Shown here one piece after another: positions 17,541 to 26,481 of a DNA stretch of 64,000 bases. The notes under the pieces were generated by a model. It was not told the DNA's origin and ran no database searches. It was given only the letters and a program-made list of their open reading frames with translations. Origin of the DNA: Alphaproteobacteria bacterium (GTDB lineage: Bacteria > Pseudomonadota > Alphaproteobacteria > Bin95); the NCBI GenBank assembly GCA_963665325.3, contig CAXXWS020000002.1, forward strand, positions 512,001 through 576,000. The letters are read 5' to 3'. Each line of letters starts with the position of its first letter. The first letter of the stretch is position 1. Made by a program: the position numbers and the translations under genes.

Positions 17541-18781
17541 TGCACCACCGGCTCGCAGCCCGTGCAGCCGCCCGTCGTGACCGCACCGGTGAACGAGCCC
17601 GTATTCGCGCCGAGACCGCCGTCGATCCGCAGCCTCCGCGCCCGGGCATTGCCCGAGGCCTCGAGCCTGCCGCCGGCGTCCAGGCGCCCGGTCACATCCA
17701 GGCTGCCCGCGCCCGCTTTGCCCTCCACCGCCAGCGCCGTGTCCGTGGCAGTGAGCCCGGTGCCGACCGACAGCAGCTGCGGGATGTTGAAGGCCTGCGC
17801 CGGCGCGCCCGCATGGCCGAACCGGAACCCGCCATCCGCCCGGAACGCCGTCGCCGGAATGTCGCCCCCGAACGCCATGCTGCCGGGCTGGCCGGTCCGG
17901 CCCACGGTCACATTGCCGGCGACCTCAGCCGGCGTCCCGCCCGTCCCGGCAAAGCGGCCCTCCCGGTTGGTCCCCGCGTCGACCCCGGCGACGCTGCCGG
18001 CGTCCAGCACCCCGTAGCAGCGCCGGTCGTCCGCCAGCGCCGCATCCCGGCAGTCCTCGCCGGCGACGACCGCAACCGGGCTCTCGATCTCGGCCGCCGG
18101 CAGCAGCGCCTGGCCGACCGCGCCCGCGTTCGGGCCGAACACGAAATCCGTCTCCATGCGCGCAAGCTCGGGACGCCCGCCCACCGGCCGCCGGTAGAGC
18201 CGGTCCTCGTCGTGGCCCACCGCATGGTCCGCCGTTGCGAACAGCGAGCCCGCCGGCAAAGTCCCGAGCACCGCCCGGACCGCCGGCAGCCGGTCATGCA
18301 TCGCCGTCGCCTCGCCGCCGACCGCGCCGACAAGGTCGAGGCCGCCCATCACCGCGCCCGCCCTGAGCGCCGGCGCCCGGAACGAAAGCTCCGGGCCCGA
18401 GAGCGAGCAGGCCGCCATCGGAACGCTGTCGACCGTCACCGCGCCATAGGCAGCCGTCGCCACCGTGCCCCCGGCGCGACCGACCGTGCCGAGGCCGTCC
18501 GGGAGGAGGGACCAGCCCTTCAGCTGCGCCGGCGTCACGACACCCGCCGCCGTCACCCGGCCCGACTGGACCGCCCGGTGGACCGCCGTGCAGGTCATCG
18601 CCCAGATGCGCCCGCGCTCGCGGTCGATCTCCGCGAGCCGCAACTCCTCCTGCTGGCGCTCCCAGGCCGCCAGCACGACCACTACCGTCATGACCAGGAA
18701 CAGCGCGCCCACAGGCAGCGCCGCGCCGCGGCGCGCGCCCCGGCGAAGACGGCAGAACAGCGATGTCCCGAGGCGCGCCAC
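17537..18781 (-). CDS. PilV-like minor pilin/tip adhesin (paralog 1)
   Basis: RRG|AALPV leader, LLPDG, LYRRPVGGRPELARMETD; ends in CTGC. Confidence 0.78.
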   Translation of the reverse strand: MARLGTSLFCRLRRGARRGAALPVGALFLVMTVVVVLAAWERQQEELRLAEIDRERGRIWAMTCTAVHRAVQSGRVTAAGVVTPAQLKGWSLLPDGLGTVGRAGGTVATAAYGAVTVDSVPMAACSLSGPELSFRAPALRAGAVMGGLDLVGAVGGEATAMHDRLPAVRAVLGTLPAGSLFATADHAVGHDEDRLYRRPVGGRPELARMETDFVFGPNAGAVGQALLPAAEIESPVAVVAGEDCRDAALADDRRCYGVLDAGSVAGVDAGTNREGRFAGTGGTPAEVAGNVTVGRTGQPGSMAFGGDIPATAFRADGGFRFGHAGAPAQAFNIPQLLSVGTGLTATDTALAVEGKAGAGSLDVTGRLDAGGRLEASGNARARRLRIDGGLGANTGSFTGAVTTGGCTGCEPVVQ

Positions 18782-18784
18782 CGG

Positions 18785-19324
18785 TCACCCGAACACGAAG
18801 GTCAGGGCGTTGGACGCCGTGCCGTTGTCGCACTGGTTGTTGAGCCAGGTGACCGTGCGCGTCACCGGCGCGCCGGCATGCACCGCCGCCGGGGCGCTGC
18901 CGGCCACCTGCATCCGCACGATCCCCGAGCCCGCCCGCGTCCGGCCCACATAGGCCTGGCCCAGGTCCTTGCAGGTCTCGTCGTCCAGATCCGCGAACGT
19001 GATCGCGAACCGCCCGCCATTGCCCAGGATCGTCACCGCGCCGCCGAACGGATGACGGATCGTCGCCGACCCGCCCGTGCCCACCCGCGAGCCGTCCGGG
19101 ATCTTCCCGAACCCGGCCAGGATCGGCACAAGGTCGTCATTCGCGCTGTCGCCGTAGCTGGCCTGGCCCGAATAGATCCTCTCGACATTGGCGCGCAGCT
19201 GGTTCAGCAGCTCGACCGACTCGCCCTCGCTCAGCCGCGCCGTGATCCCGTTGTAGATCCCCACAACCGCGACGATCGCGAAGAGGCCCGCTACCACCGA
19301 CAGCAAGACTCCGATAGGGTTCAT
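18785..19324 (-). CDS. Type IVb major pilin (PilS-like), leaderless
   Basis: 179 aa with N-terminal hydrophobic helix, IYSGQASY, IRHPFGGAVTI, F.ITF..L...C and a C-terminal Cys before LTFVFG. Strong RBS. Confidence 0.88.
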   Translation of the reverse strand: MNPIGVLLSVVAGLFAIVAVVGIYNGITARLSEGESVELLNQLRANVERIYSGQASYGDSANDDLVPILAGFGKIPDGSRVGTGGSATIRHPFGGAVTILGNGGRFAITFADLDDETCKDLGQAYVGRTRAGSGIVRMQVAGSAPAAVHAGAPVTRTVTWLNNQCDNGTASNALTFVFG

Positions 19325-19336
19325 GTTCCCCTCCTC

Positions 19337-19869
19337 TCAGTAGCTTCGTTCCACCTGGGTCGAGATGTCGAAACTCACCCACATGATCAGGATCATCTGC
19401 GCCGTCCCGAGCGCCATCAGCACCGTGTTCAGAACCATGGTGCGCATCCGCATCATCGCCTCCGAGCGCTCCACCCAGCGCTCCACGAACCCGGCAAGCG
19501 TCTCTTCCCAGTCCGCGCGCCCGTCCATCGCGCCCGCAACCGCAACCAGCGTCTCGTCCGGGAATCCCTGGCGGGCCGCCGAGAGCGCCGAGCCGAACCC
19601 CAGACCCTCGTTCAGCATCAGCTCCCGAACCCGGCGCATCCGCGAGCGCACATAGGGCGAGGCGCCCCGCTCGAATTGCTCGAACGTGTCCCGGTTCAGG
19701 TCCACGCCCATGCGCAGGAACTCCACGCACACGAACAGGAACCCGCTCCCCGACAGCATCCGGTAGAGCGAAAAGGGCGGGATCCGGTCCGCGAACACGC
19801 GCCCCCGGCCGGTCCAGCGCAGCACCACGAGCCGGAACGCCGCCAGAAACAGCAGGAAGGCGAGCCCGA
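19337..19869 (-). pseudogene. PilR/T2SS-F platform protein, 3' fragment
   Basis: RWTGRGRVFADRIPPFSLYRML.GSGFL and GFPD motifs. Rejoins 24254-24793 in frame when the insertion is removed. Confidence 0.88.
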
Positions 19870-20115
19870 TGAGTGTGCTCTCGGTATCTGATGGCGGGAT
19901 GGTCACGTTGTTCGATGGTTTTCAGGCGTCGGGCCGGGCGTGACGGCGGGGGTGTCGGACGGCCGTCGGCGCGTCAAGCCGCTTCGCGGCTCCTGCGCTG
20001 CGCTCCGGCCCTTCGGGTGACCCGCCGCCGTCCCTCCGACGGAGTGCATCCATGGCCGTAAGCAAGCTTCCGGCCACGGGCCGGCCGCTTTACGCAGTGT
20101 GACAATGGGAGCGGT

Positions 20116-20176
20116 GTTACCCGTTACCGTTACCCTCTCTCCCTAGGGGTTCGAGGCGGTAACGGTTTTCGGTAAC
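20116..20176. repeat. Iteron-like inverted array: GTTACC x3, CCCTAGGG palindrome, GGTAAC x2
   Basis: GTTACC at 20116, 20123, 20129; CCCTAGGG at 20141-20148; GGTAAC at 20158 and 20171. Confidence 0.7.
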
Positions 20177-21141
20177 GTGTCCCTGCGGTCGTTGCCGTTG
20201 AGGGCGGCGAGGCGGTATCCGCCTTCGGATGCGCGCTCGACGCGTCCTTCGCGGACGAGCCTGTGCAGCGCCTCGGCGACGGTTGCGGGCCGGGTTGCCG
20301 CGCGCTCGCGGATCCGGCGCTGGGAGAGCGGCGCGTCGGCGTCGGCGAGGGCCTGCAGGATGCGCCGTTCGGGGGTATCCGGCTCCGGCGCCTGGTCTTC
20401 CGGCGTCTCGCGCAACCGCAGGGCGGGGCGCTCGTCGTCGTCGGCGAGTTCGATCTCGAGGTCTTCGAGGCCAGGGGCGTCGCGATGCTCGACGGTCATG
20501 AGGATCTGGCGGTCTCGCCGGCGCAGGTACAGATTCGAATCGCCCCAGGCGTGAAGTTCGCTGCTGCCGCGCAGCGCCTGCCCGGGCCGGGAGCCGCCGC
20601 TCTTTCGTGCGTGATGGACGAGGAGGACGGCGGTTTCGAAGCGGCGCTGTATGTCGCGCAGGAAGCCCAGCATGGGGGCGACCTCGGCGACGGTATTTTC
20701 GTCGACGCCGTGCAGGCGCACGAGGGGGTCGAGGACGACGAGGCGGGGTGAGACGCGCTCCACCGTCTCGACCAGGCGCTGGCGATCGGCGCGATGGTCG
20801 AGACGCAGCGTGGGCACGTCGATGACGGCGATGTCGAGGGTCTCGAACGCGGTGCCTGCCGCCTTTGCGATGCCCTGGAGGCGTGCGCGCACGATATGGC
20901 CGGCGTCCTCGGCGGCGAACAGCAGCACGGGGCCGCTTGCGGCGGGACGGAAGTGGCGCAGGCAGGGGACGCCGGCGGCGACCGCGACGGCGATGTCGAG
21001 TGCGAGGAAGGATTTGCCGCACTTGGGCTCGCCGCCGACGATGCCGACGCCCTGCTCGGACCACAACGCCTCGACCATCCAGCGGCGCGCCTGGGGGCGC
21101 TCTTCGAGCTCCGCCGGCGCCCGTGTCGGGAAGCCCTTCAC
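20143..21141 (-). CDS. AAA_25/RepA-like (RecA-fold) ATPase/helicase with C-terminal winged helix
   Basis: GEPKCGKSFLALD, AAED, LVVLDPL, LLVHHARK, LRGSS. GTG overlaps the upstream stop. Confidence 0.85.
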   Translation of the reverse strand: MKGFPTRAPAELEERPQARRWMVEALWSEQGVGIVGGEPKCGKSFLALDIAVAVAAGVPCLRHFRPAASGPVLLFAAEDAGHIVRARLQGIAKAAGTAFETLDIAVIDVPTLRLDHRADRQRLVETVERVSPRLVVLDPLVRLHGVDENTVAEVAPMLGFLRDIQRRFETAVLLVHHARKSGGSRPGQALRGSSELHAWGDSNLYLRRRDRQILMTVEHRDAPGLEDLEIELADDDERPALRLRETPEDQAPEPDTPERRILQALADADAPLSQRRIRERAATRPATVAEALHRLVREGRVERASEGGYRLAALNGNDRRDTLPKTVTASNP

Positions 21142-21971
21142 CGCCGCGCCCTCCTCGGCTTGGCGGGTTCGCCCAGGGTCTCGATGAAGAGCTTCTCGTC
21201 GAGGACCTCGCGCTCCTTCTCGGCGGCGGCGGCGAGCAGGGCGTCGGCCATGACGGTGAGCGCCCGCGGGTTGCCGTCGGCATGGGCGACCAGGGTGTCC
21301 TTGAGGCCCGCGGTCATGAGGCCGGGATTGCCGGCCTGCTCGATCAGATGGTCGAGCAGGGCCGCGAGGTCGCCGGCCTCGGCCTTGGTCATGACCAGGC
21401 GCTGGCGGATGCGCGAGGCGATGGGCTGCAGATCGGGCTGGCGGAGCTTGTCGAGCAGGCGCGTGTCGCCGGCGAGGACGACCGAGAGGATGGCGCGCGA
21501 GTCGAAGTCGGTCGAAGCCAGCAGGCGGATCTCGGAGAACACCGAGGGCAGCAGCTCCTGGGCCTCGTCGACGAGCACGACGGGGCGCATGCGGGTATCG
21601 TCGACATGGGCGAGCCAGCGCTCGCGCAGGCTTTTGAAGCTGGCCCAGCGGTTGTTGTACATCAGGTCGACGCCGAACATCTCGCCGATCTCGCGGTAGA
21701 AGTCGGACAGCCGGGAGGAGGGATGGGTGATGGCGGCGATGCTGAGCCCCTCGCAGCGGCCGAGACGGTCGGCGAGCAGGCGCAACGCCACACTCTTTCC
21801 GGCGCCGGGCTCGCCGGCGATCAAGGCGAAGCCGCCCTGGCGCACCAGGTGGCGCTCGATCCTGAGGCAGAAGCTGTCGACGGCAGGCGTCGCCATGAGA
21901 CTGTCGACCGGCAGGTCGGTGGCGAAGGGGTTCCACTTGAGCCCGTAGAAGGTGAGCAGTTCCCGGTTCAT
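21138..21971 (-). CDS. ExeA-like AAA+ ATPase (transposition helper)
   Basis: YGLKWNPF, GEPGAGKS, VLVDEAQ, VVLAG, GNPR. Confidence 0.9.
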   Translation of the reverse strand: MNRELLTFYGLKWNPFATDLPVDSLMATPAVDSFCLRIERHLVRQGGFALIAGEPGAGKSVALRLLADRLGRCEGLSIAAITHPSSRLSDFYREIGEMFGVDLMYNNRWASFKSLRERWLAHVDDTRMRPVVLVDEAQELLPSVFSEIRLLASTDFDSRAILSVVLAGDTRLLDKLRQPDLQPIASRIRQRLVMTKAEAGDLAALLDHLIEQAGNPGLMTAGLKDTLVAHADGNPRALTVMADALLAAAAEKEREVLDEKLFIETLGEPAKPRRARR

Positions 21972-23443
21972 GGCGCATCTCCCCGATCTTCGTCCTCGCC
22001 CGGACCGGGCGTCTTGTCATGGGGCAGCCAGGCCGGCGGCAGGCCGGTTGCGGCCTGGGCGTCGAGCATGCCCTTGAGCAGCGGCGGAAGTTCCCCCGTC
22101 CCCGCGCCGCCATTGCCATCGTTGCCGCCGGGGCCGGCGGGACGGCGCACGCCATCGGCGTTGCCGCGCTTGTCGAGGGGGTACAGCGTGCACAGGCGCT
22201 CGCCGCCTCGACCGTCGATCAGATCGACGCTGGCGAGGTTCCAGCGCGCGTAACGGATCCAGGCCTCGCGCAGGTGGCGCCACGGCTGTGGCACCTGGTA
22301 GCGGATGCCCTCGACCGAGACGGTGCCGTCCGAGCGCCTGAGCGTGCGCTTCCTGGTGATGCGGAAGGCCGCCTTGAGCTCGGCCGAGCCGGGGCAGGAT
22401 CTCGACGCGTCGACGCTCCCGGCCAGGCGTTGATGCGGCGTCATGCCGAGCTCGCGGTGCTTGCGGCGGTGATAGTCCTGCTCCAGCCAGGCGATGGTGG
22501 CGTCGTTGAGCATCTTCAAGGTAAGCGCGTCGACGCCTTCGAGCTGAGCCATCAGGCGCGATTCGACCGTGCCCCAGAACGACTCGATCTTGCCGTTCTG
22601 ATGGGGGCTGTAAGCGAGCGTCGTGACCCCCGCGATGCCGAGCCGGTGCAACCCCTCCTCGACCTCGCCCGCGGTCATCGCCGCGCCGTTGTCGGTCAGC
22701 AGGGACCTCGGCAGACCGCGCTTCATGAAGGCCTGGCAAAGGCCGTGGACGAACACCTCGGCGGTCTCGGCGAGGTACCACTGAAGGTGGCAGCCGAGGC
22801 GCGAGTGGTCGTCGAGGAAGCCGAGCAGGATCGGCGTCTTCCACTCGCCCGAGGCGGTCAGCACGCGACGCTTGGCGCTGTGCATGTCGGCGTGCCACAG
22901 GGCGTGAGAGCGCGAGACCTCGTAGCTCAATACCTCGCGGGCTTCGACCGCCGGCCTGGCCTCGCTCTCATGCCACTTGCGCCGGCGCTTGCGTACCAGC
23001 CCGCGAGCCCGCATCGCCCGGGTCAGCGTCGCGTAGGACGGTATCGGGCCGAGCTCGGGATCGGCCTCGACCCGCGCGGCCAGATTCTCGTGATGAAGCT
23101 GCGCCGACCACGACGGATGCGCCCGGTACTGCTCGTGCAGCGCCTCGATCAGCGTCGGCGACATCGCGCGCGGGCGCCCGGCATCGGCGCGCGGGCGCCG
23201 CTTGAGCGCCCCCACCGGATCGTTGTCCGCCGCCCGCGCCTGGTAGTACCAGCGCTCGATCGTGGACACCGCGAAGCGCACCCGGCCCTTGCCGGACGGG
23301 TGATCCCACTCGCGTTCGGCAAGCCGCTCAAGCTCGGCGTGCAGCCGCCCCGCCGGCGGCGGCGAGGCCAGAAGCGGCCCGACCACCGCGAAGCGCAACC
23401 GCGCCCACCGGTCGCGACGCTCGCTCCCGTCGTTGCTGTTCAT
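21968..23443 (-). CDS. DDE transposase/integrase (rve plus Mu C-terminal-like)
   Basis: HTH domains; catalytic triad WHAD / TDNG / NGKIE; RRSDGTVSVEG. Confidence 0.95.
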   Translation of the reverse strand: MNSNDGSERRDRWARLRFAVVGPLLASPPPAGRLHAELERLAEREWDHPSGKGRVRFAVSTIERWYYQARAADNDPVGALKRRPRADAGRPRAMSPTLIEALHEQYRAHPSWSAQLHHENLAARVEADPELGPIPSYATLTRAMRARGLVRKRRRKWHESEARPAVEAREVLSYEVSRSHALWHADMHSAKRRVLTASGEWKTPILLGFLDDHSRLGCHLQWYLAETAEVFVHGLCQAFMKRGLPRSLLTDNGAAMTAGEVEEGLHRLGIAGVTTLAYSPHQNGKIESFWGTVESRLMAQLEGVDALTLKMLNDATIAWLEQDYHRRKHRELGMTPHQRLAGSVDASRSCPGSAELKAAFRITRKRTLRRSDGTVSVEGIRYQVPQPWRHLREAWIRYARWNLASVDLIDGRGGERLCTLYPLDKRGNADGVRRPAGPGGNDGNGGAGTGELPPLLKGMLDAQAATGLPPAWLPHDKTPGPGEDEDRGDAP

Positions 23444-23491
23444 TCCGGCATCCCCCTCGCTGCTTCGTGGAGGTGCCGATGATGCGGTGCC

Positions 23492-24106
23492 CTATCCGTG
23501 CATCATAGAAACGCTTTCTGCGGGCGAAGCCGGACCTGCGCCGAGCGCGCAAAAGCCGGTCCACGGCATCAGCCAGACCAGGCTCCGCAGCAGCCGCGAG
23601 CGGAAGCCACGGCCCCGCATGATGCGCAGCAGCCGGCGCAGCGGCGCCTCTTCGGGCGGCGCCGCCAGCTCGCCCCGTCTCGCCTGCCACTCCCGGGTCA
23701 GCGGGAAGGCTTCCAGCCACCAGCGCCGCCAGCGCTTCAGCGTCGAGGCCGGAACCCCGCACCGCCGCGCGATCGTCTGCAACCGCGCGCCGCCGGCCAC
23801 AGCCAGCGCACTCACCACAAGGAACAGCGCCCCGACGTAAAAGCGCCTGCCGAAGAAACGCACCGACGGCGGCTTCACGCGGCGTCGGCACACCGAACAG
23901 CACAGGCTGAAGCGCCGAACGTCGTTCCGAAGATTCGCCGCCAGACCGTGCGGCTTGCGCGGGTAGCTCGCGCTGTGAAGCGCGCCGCCGCAGCGCGGGC
24001 AACCCGCCGCCCGGCACGCCTCCGCCTCGGCCGCGTCGACCTGCTTCAGAAAATCCCAAACCCGGGCGTTGGAGAGATTGGAGTGCCGGAACAGCTTGTG
24101 CGACAT
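23492..24106 (-). CDS. Zn-ribbon plus HTH transposon-associated protein (DUF6431-like)
   Basis: CPRCGG..H..YPRKP and RFSLCCSVCRRR..PPSVRF; STLKRWRRWW. Confidence 0.75.
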   Translation of the reverse strand: MSHKLFRHSNLSNARVWDFLKQVDAAEAEACRAAGCPRCGGALHSASYPRKPHGLAANLRNDVRRFSLCCSVCRRRVKPPSVRFFGRRFYVGALFLVVSALAVAGGARLQTIARRCGVPASTLKRWRRWWLEAFPLTREWQARRGELAAPPEEAPLRRLLRIMRGRGFRSRLLRSLVWLMPWTGFCALGAGPASPAESVSMMHG

Positions 24107-24253
24107 TGGGGCCGTCTCAGGTTGATGTCACTGTCACCGAGACAAGCCCTCCGGCGGCCTTCTTGCAAGATCGCCGGGGGGCACCCAATCCAAAACCTCG
24201 ATTAATCCGAGCCGATCAGCCCCTGATCGCCGCTGAAAGCCTGCGCCCGCTCA

Positions 24254-24793
24254 CCCGATCTCGATATCGTTCGCGTAGAAACCCTCCGAGACCCAGGCGA
24301 ACGAGCGCGACCAGATATCCCAGCGCGACCGGTCGCTCACCTCCAGCATCGCCGGAATGACCTCGTAGCCCATGAACCAGGTCATGCCGATGCAGCCCAC
24401 GAAGATCACCAGCGGCAGAAACATCGCGCTCGCCACCGCGCGCACCTGCTTCGAGCGCATCTCCGCGACGCGCGCCGCCGCCAGGAACAGAACCTCAGCC
24501 CGCGCCCGGCCGAGCCCGTAGAAGATCATCGCCTCCGAGGCCGGAACCCAGCGCGACAGCTCCACCGCGAAATCGTCCCCGCCGCCCGCAAGCGCCGCCT
24601 GCCAGTCCCGAAGCATCCGCACCCGGATCGTCTCGCGCGACTTCGCCTGCATCACCACGCCGAGCGCCTCGCGCAGACCAAGCCCGCCCTGGAGCAGGTC
24701 GTGCAGCAGATACCAGATGTCGATCCGCGCCTCCGTCCCCGCCGCCAGGAACCGCCGCACCGGAAACCAGACCGCCCCCCAGAGACGCCTCAT
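24254..24793 (-). pseudogene. PilR/T2SS-F platform protein, 5' fragment
   Basis: LLQGGLGLREAL, WVPASEAMI and a TM segment. Ends at a TGA supplied by the transposon end. Confidence 0.88.
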
Positions 24794-26481
24794 TCCACCG
24801 CCTCCGCGCCCGCGACCAGCACCGGCTTGCCCGGCGCGGGCGCGGCGCCGGCATGACCCGGCCCGTCCTCCACCCGGCCTTCGCCCGGAGGCCCGAACGC
24901 CGCCTTCGCCACGGCGATCTCCGCGCCCTTCAGCATCGCGTCCGCCGGATCGACCCGGCCCTTGCCGACCGCGCCCCAGATCTTCCGTCCGATCGGGACC
25001 CCGCCCATCGCGCCCGTCCAGTGGTTCCACGCGCCCACCGCATCCCGCTTCTGGACGAACCTGAGATAGCCGTCGTCCGGGACGATCCACTCCGCCACCG
25101 CAAGCGGGCGCACATAGCCCGCCCACGCCGCCAGCGAGAGCGCCGACTGGCCCGCCGTCCGGCAACCGGCGCAGCCCTCCGGATTGCGGTAGCGGACCTC
25201 CGGGCCCAGCAGCGCCGCCAGCTCCTCCGGGAGGTCCCGGCCCTCCGGCAGAACCGGCAGCGCGCAGGACGGGCAGAGCAGCGGCACCAGCGTCTGCTTC
25301 ATCAGGAGGCGCACATTGCCGGGCTTGGTCACCTCCGACACCTCGACGCCGAGGTCCATCAGCCGGAACAGGATGCCGTTCGCCGTGTGCACGTGGATTG
25401 TCGTCCACACCTGGTGGCCCGAGTCGATGAACTGCAGCACCTGCTGCGCGCCCATCTTGTCGCGGATCTCGCCCACCATCCCCGAGGCCGGATGCACCCG
25501 CACGAAATGCATCAGCGCGGCTGCAAACCCGAGCCCCCGCTCCTCGCCGATGCCCCGGGTCGGAACCGCAATCTGCACCGCGCCGGGTATGTCGTATTCG
25601 ACCGGGTCCTCCAGCGTGATCATGTTGAGCTTCCCGCCATGCTCACGCATCTGGAGGTTCAGGTTCACCGCAAGCGTCGTCGACTTGCCGTCGCCCGTCG
25701 TCCCGCCGATGAAGATGCCGCCGTATTTCGACATCCGGATCTCGCGGAACAGGCCCGCCACCTCCGCCGTGAAGCCCAGGTCCTCCAGCGTCTGCCGGCC
25801 CCCGACCTGGTCGCGGTAGAAAAGCCGCATGTAGAGGTGGTGGCCCTCCGGCTCGTGCGGACCCGCCTCGCAGCGCAGCGCCGCGATCTCCTCCGGAAGC
25901 GGGAACGTCTCCGAGCGCCTCACGCTGAAACCCTGGAAGCTCGCACGCTGCAGCGAGGTCTGCCGCGAGCCTTCGTCCTTCACGAAGAACAGGAACCCGA
26001 ACACCTGCTCCGCCTCCCGCACCGTCATCGCAGAACCCAGGGGCAGCTTGCGGTCGTTCACGATCGCGAACACCCGGCAGTCGTCCGGGCCCTTCTCCAG
26101 CACCACGTCCGAAGCCCGGGCCCGGGCCGCCTCCGTGAAGATCGCGACAAGCCCCTCCACGATCCGCGGGTTCACGTCCAGGCTCTCGTCACGGACCCGG
26201 TTGCCGCGCCAGACCTCCGCCACCTCCTGGAGCGAGGCCGTCTCCTCCCGGAACTGGCCCCGGACCGCGCCCGTGCGCTGCAACTCCACCAGCAGCGCGC
26301 GCAGCTCCACGTCGTTCGCATAGCCGTCCGCGATCAGCACGCGCCCGTCCGACCAGACCGCGCAGCGCTCCCGGAAGCGCTCGTCCATCCGCTCCCAGCG
26401 CAACAGGCCCGACGGCATCACCTCCGGAGGTCGCTCCTTGAACATGAGGCGGCCCCACCATGTGTCCCGCCAGCCCGTCAT
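24790..26481 (-). CDS. PilQ/PulE-family pilus assembly ATPase
   Basis: GTTGDGKST, TLEDPVEY, MVGEIRD, GHQVWTTIH, tetra-Cys LCPSC..GCAGC. Confidence 0.93.
   Translation of the reverse strand: MTGWRDTWWGRLMFKERPPEVMPSGLLRWERMDERFRERCAVWSDGRVLIADGYANDVELRALLVELQRTGAVRGQFREETASLQEVAEVWRGNRVRDESLDVNPRIVEGLVAIFTEAARARASDVVLEKGPDDCRVFAIVNDRKLPLGSAMTVREAEQVFGFLFFVKDEGSRQTSLQRASFQGFSVRRSETFPLPEEIAALRCEAGPHEPEGHHLYMRLFYRDQVGGRQTLEDLGFTAEVAGLFREIRMSKYGGIFIGGTTGDGKSTTLAVNLNLQMREHGGKLNMITLEDPVEYDIPGAVQIAVPTRGIGEERGLGFAAALMHFVRVHPASGMVGEIRDKMGAQQVLQFIDSGHQVWTTIHVHTANGILFRLMDLGVEVSEVTKPGNVRLLMKQTLVPLLCPSCALPVLPEGRDLPEELAALLGPEVRYRNPEGCAGCRTAGQSALSLAAWAGYVRPLAVAEWIVPDDGYLRFVQKRDAVGAWNHWTGAMGGVPIGRKIWGAVGKGRVDPADAMLKGAEIAVAKAAFGPPGEGRVEDGPGHAGAAPAPGKPVLVAGAEAVE

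Larger units (their letters stand above)
19870..24253 (-). mobile_element. 4,384-bp four-gene DDE transposon (Mu/IS21/Tn7-like) inserted in pilR
   Basis: CCCGA duplicated at 19865-19869 and 24254-24258. Ends TGAGTGTGCTC and (reverse complement) TGAGCGGGCGC. Removal restores ANDIEIG-LAFLLF. Confidence 0.92.

Noticed and set aside
8-19891. Long + strand ORFs (for example 8-1693, 11803-14298, 17540-19891)
   Set aside because: Shadow frames of GC-rich minus-strand genes; Arg/Pro/Ala-rich with no recognisable motifs.
21138-21971. ExeA as a genuine secretion-system component
   Set aside because: It lies inside the target-duplication-bounded element and is coupled to the transposase.
19870-24253. 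CRISPR-associated (CAST) or canonical Tn7 transposon
   Set aside because: No cas genes, array, TnsA or clear TniQ.
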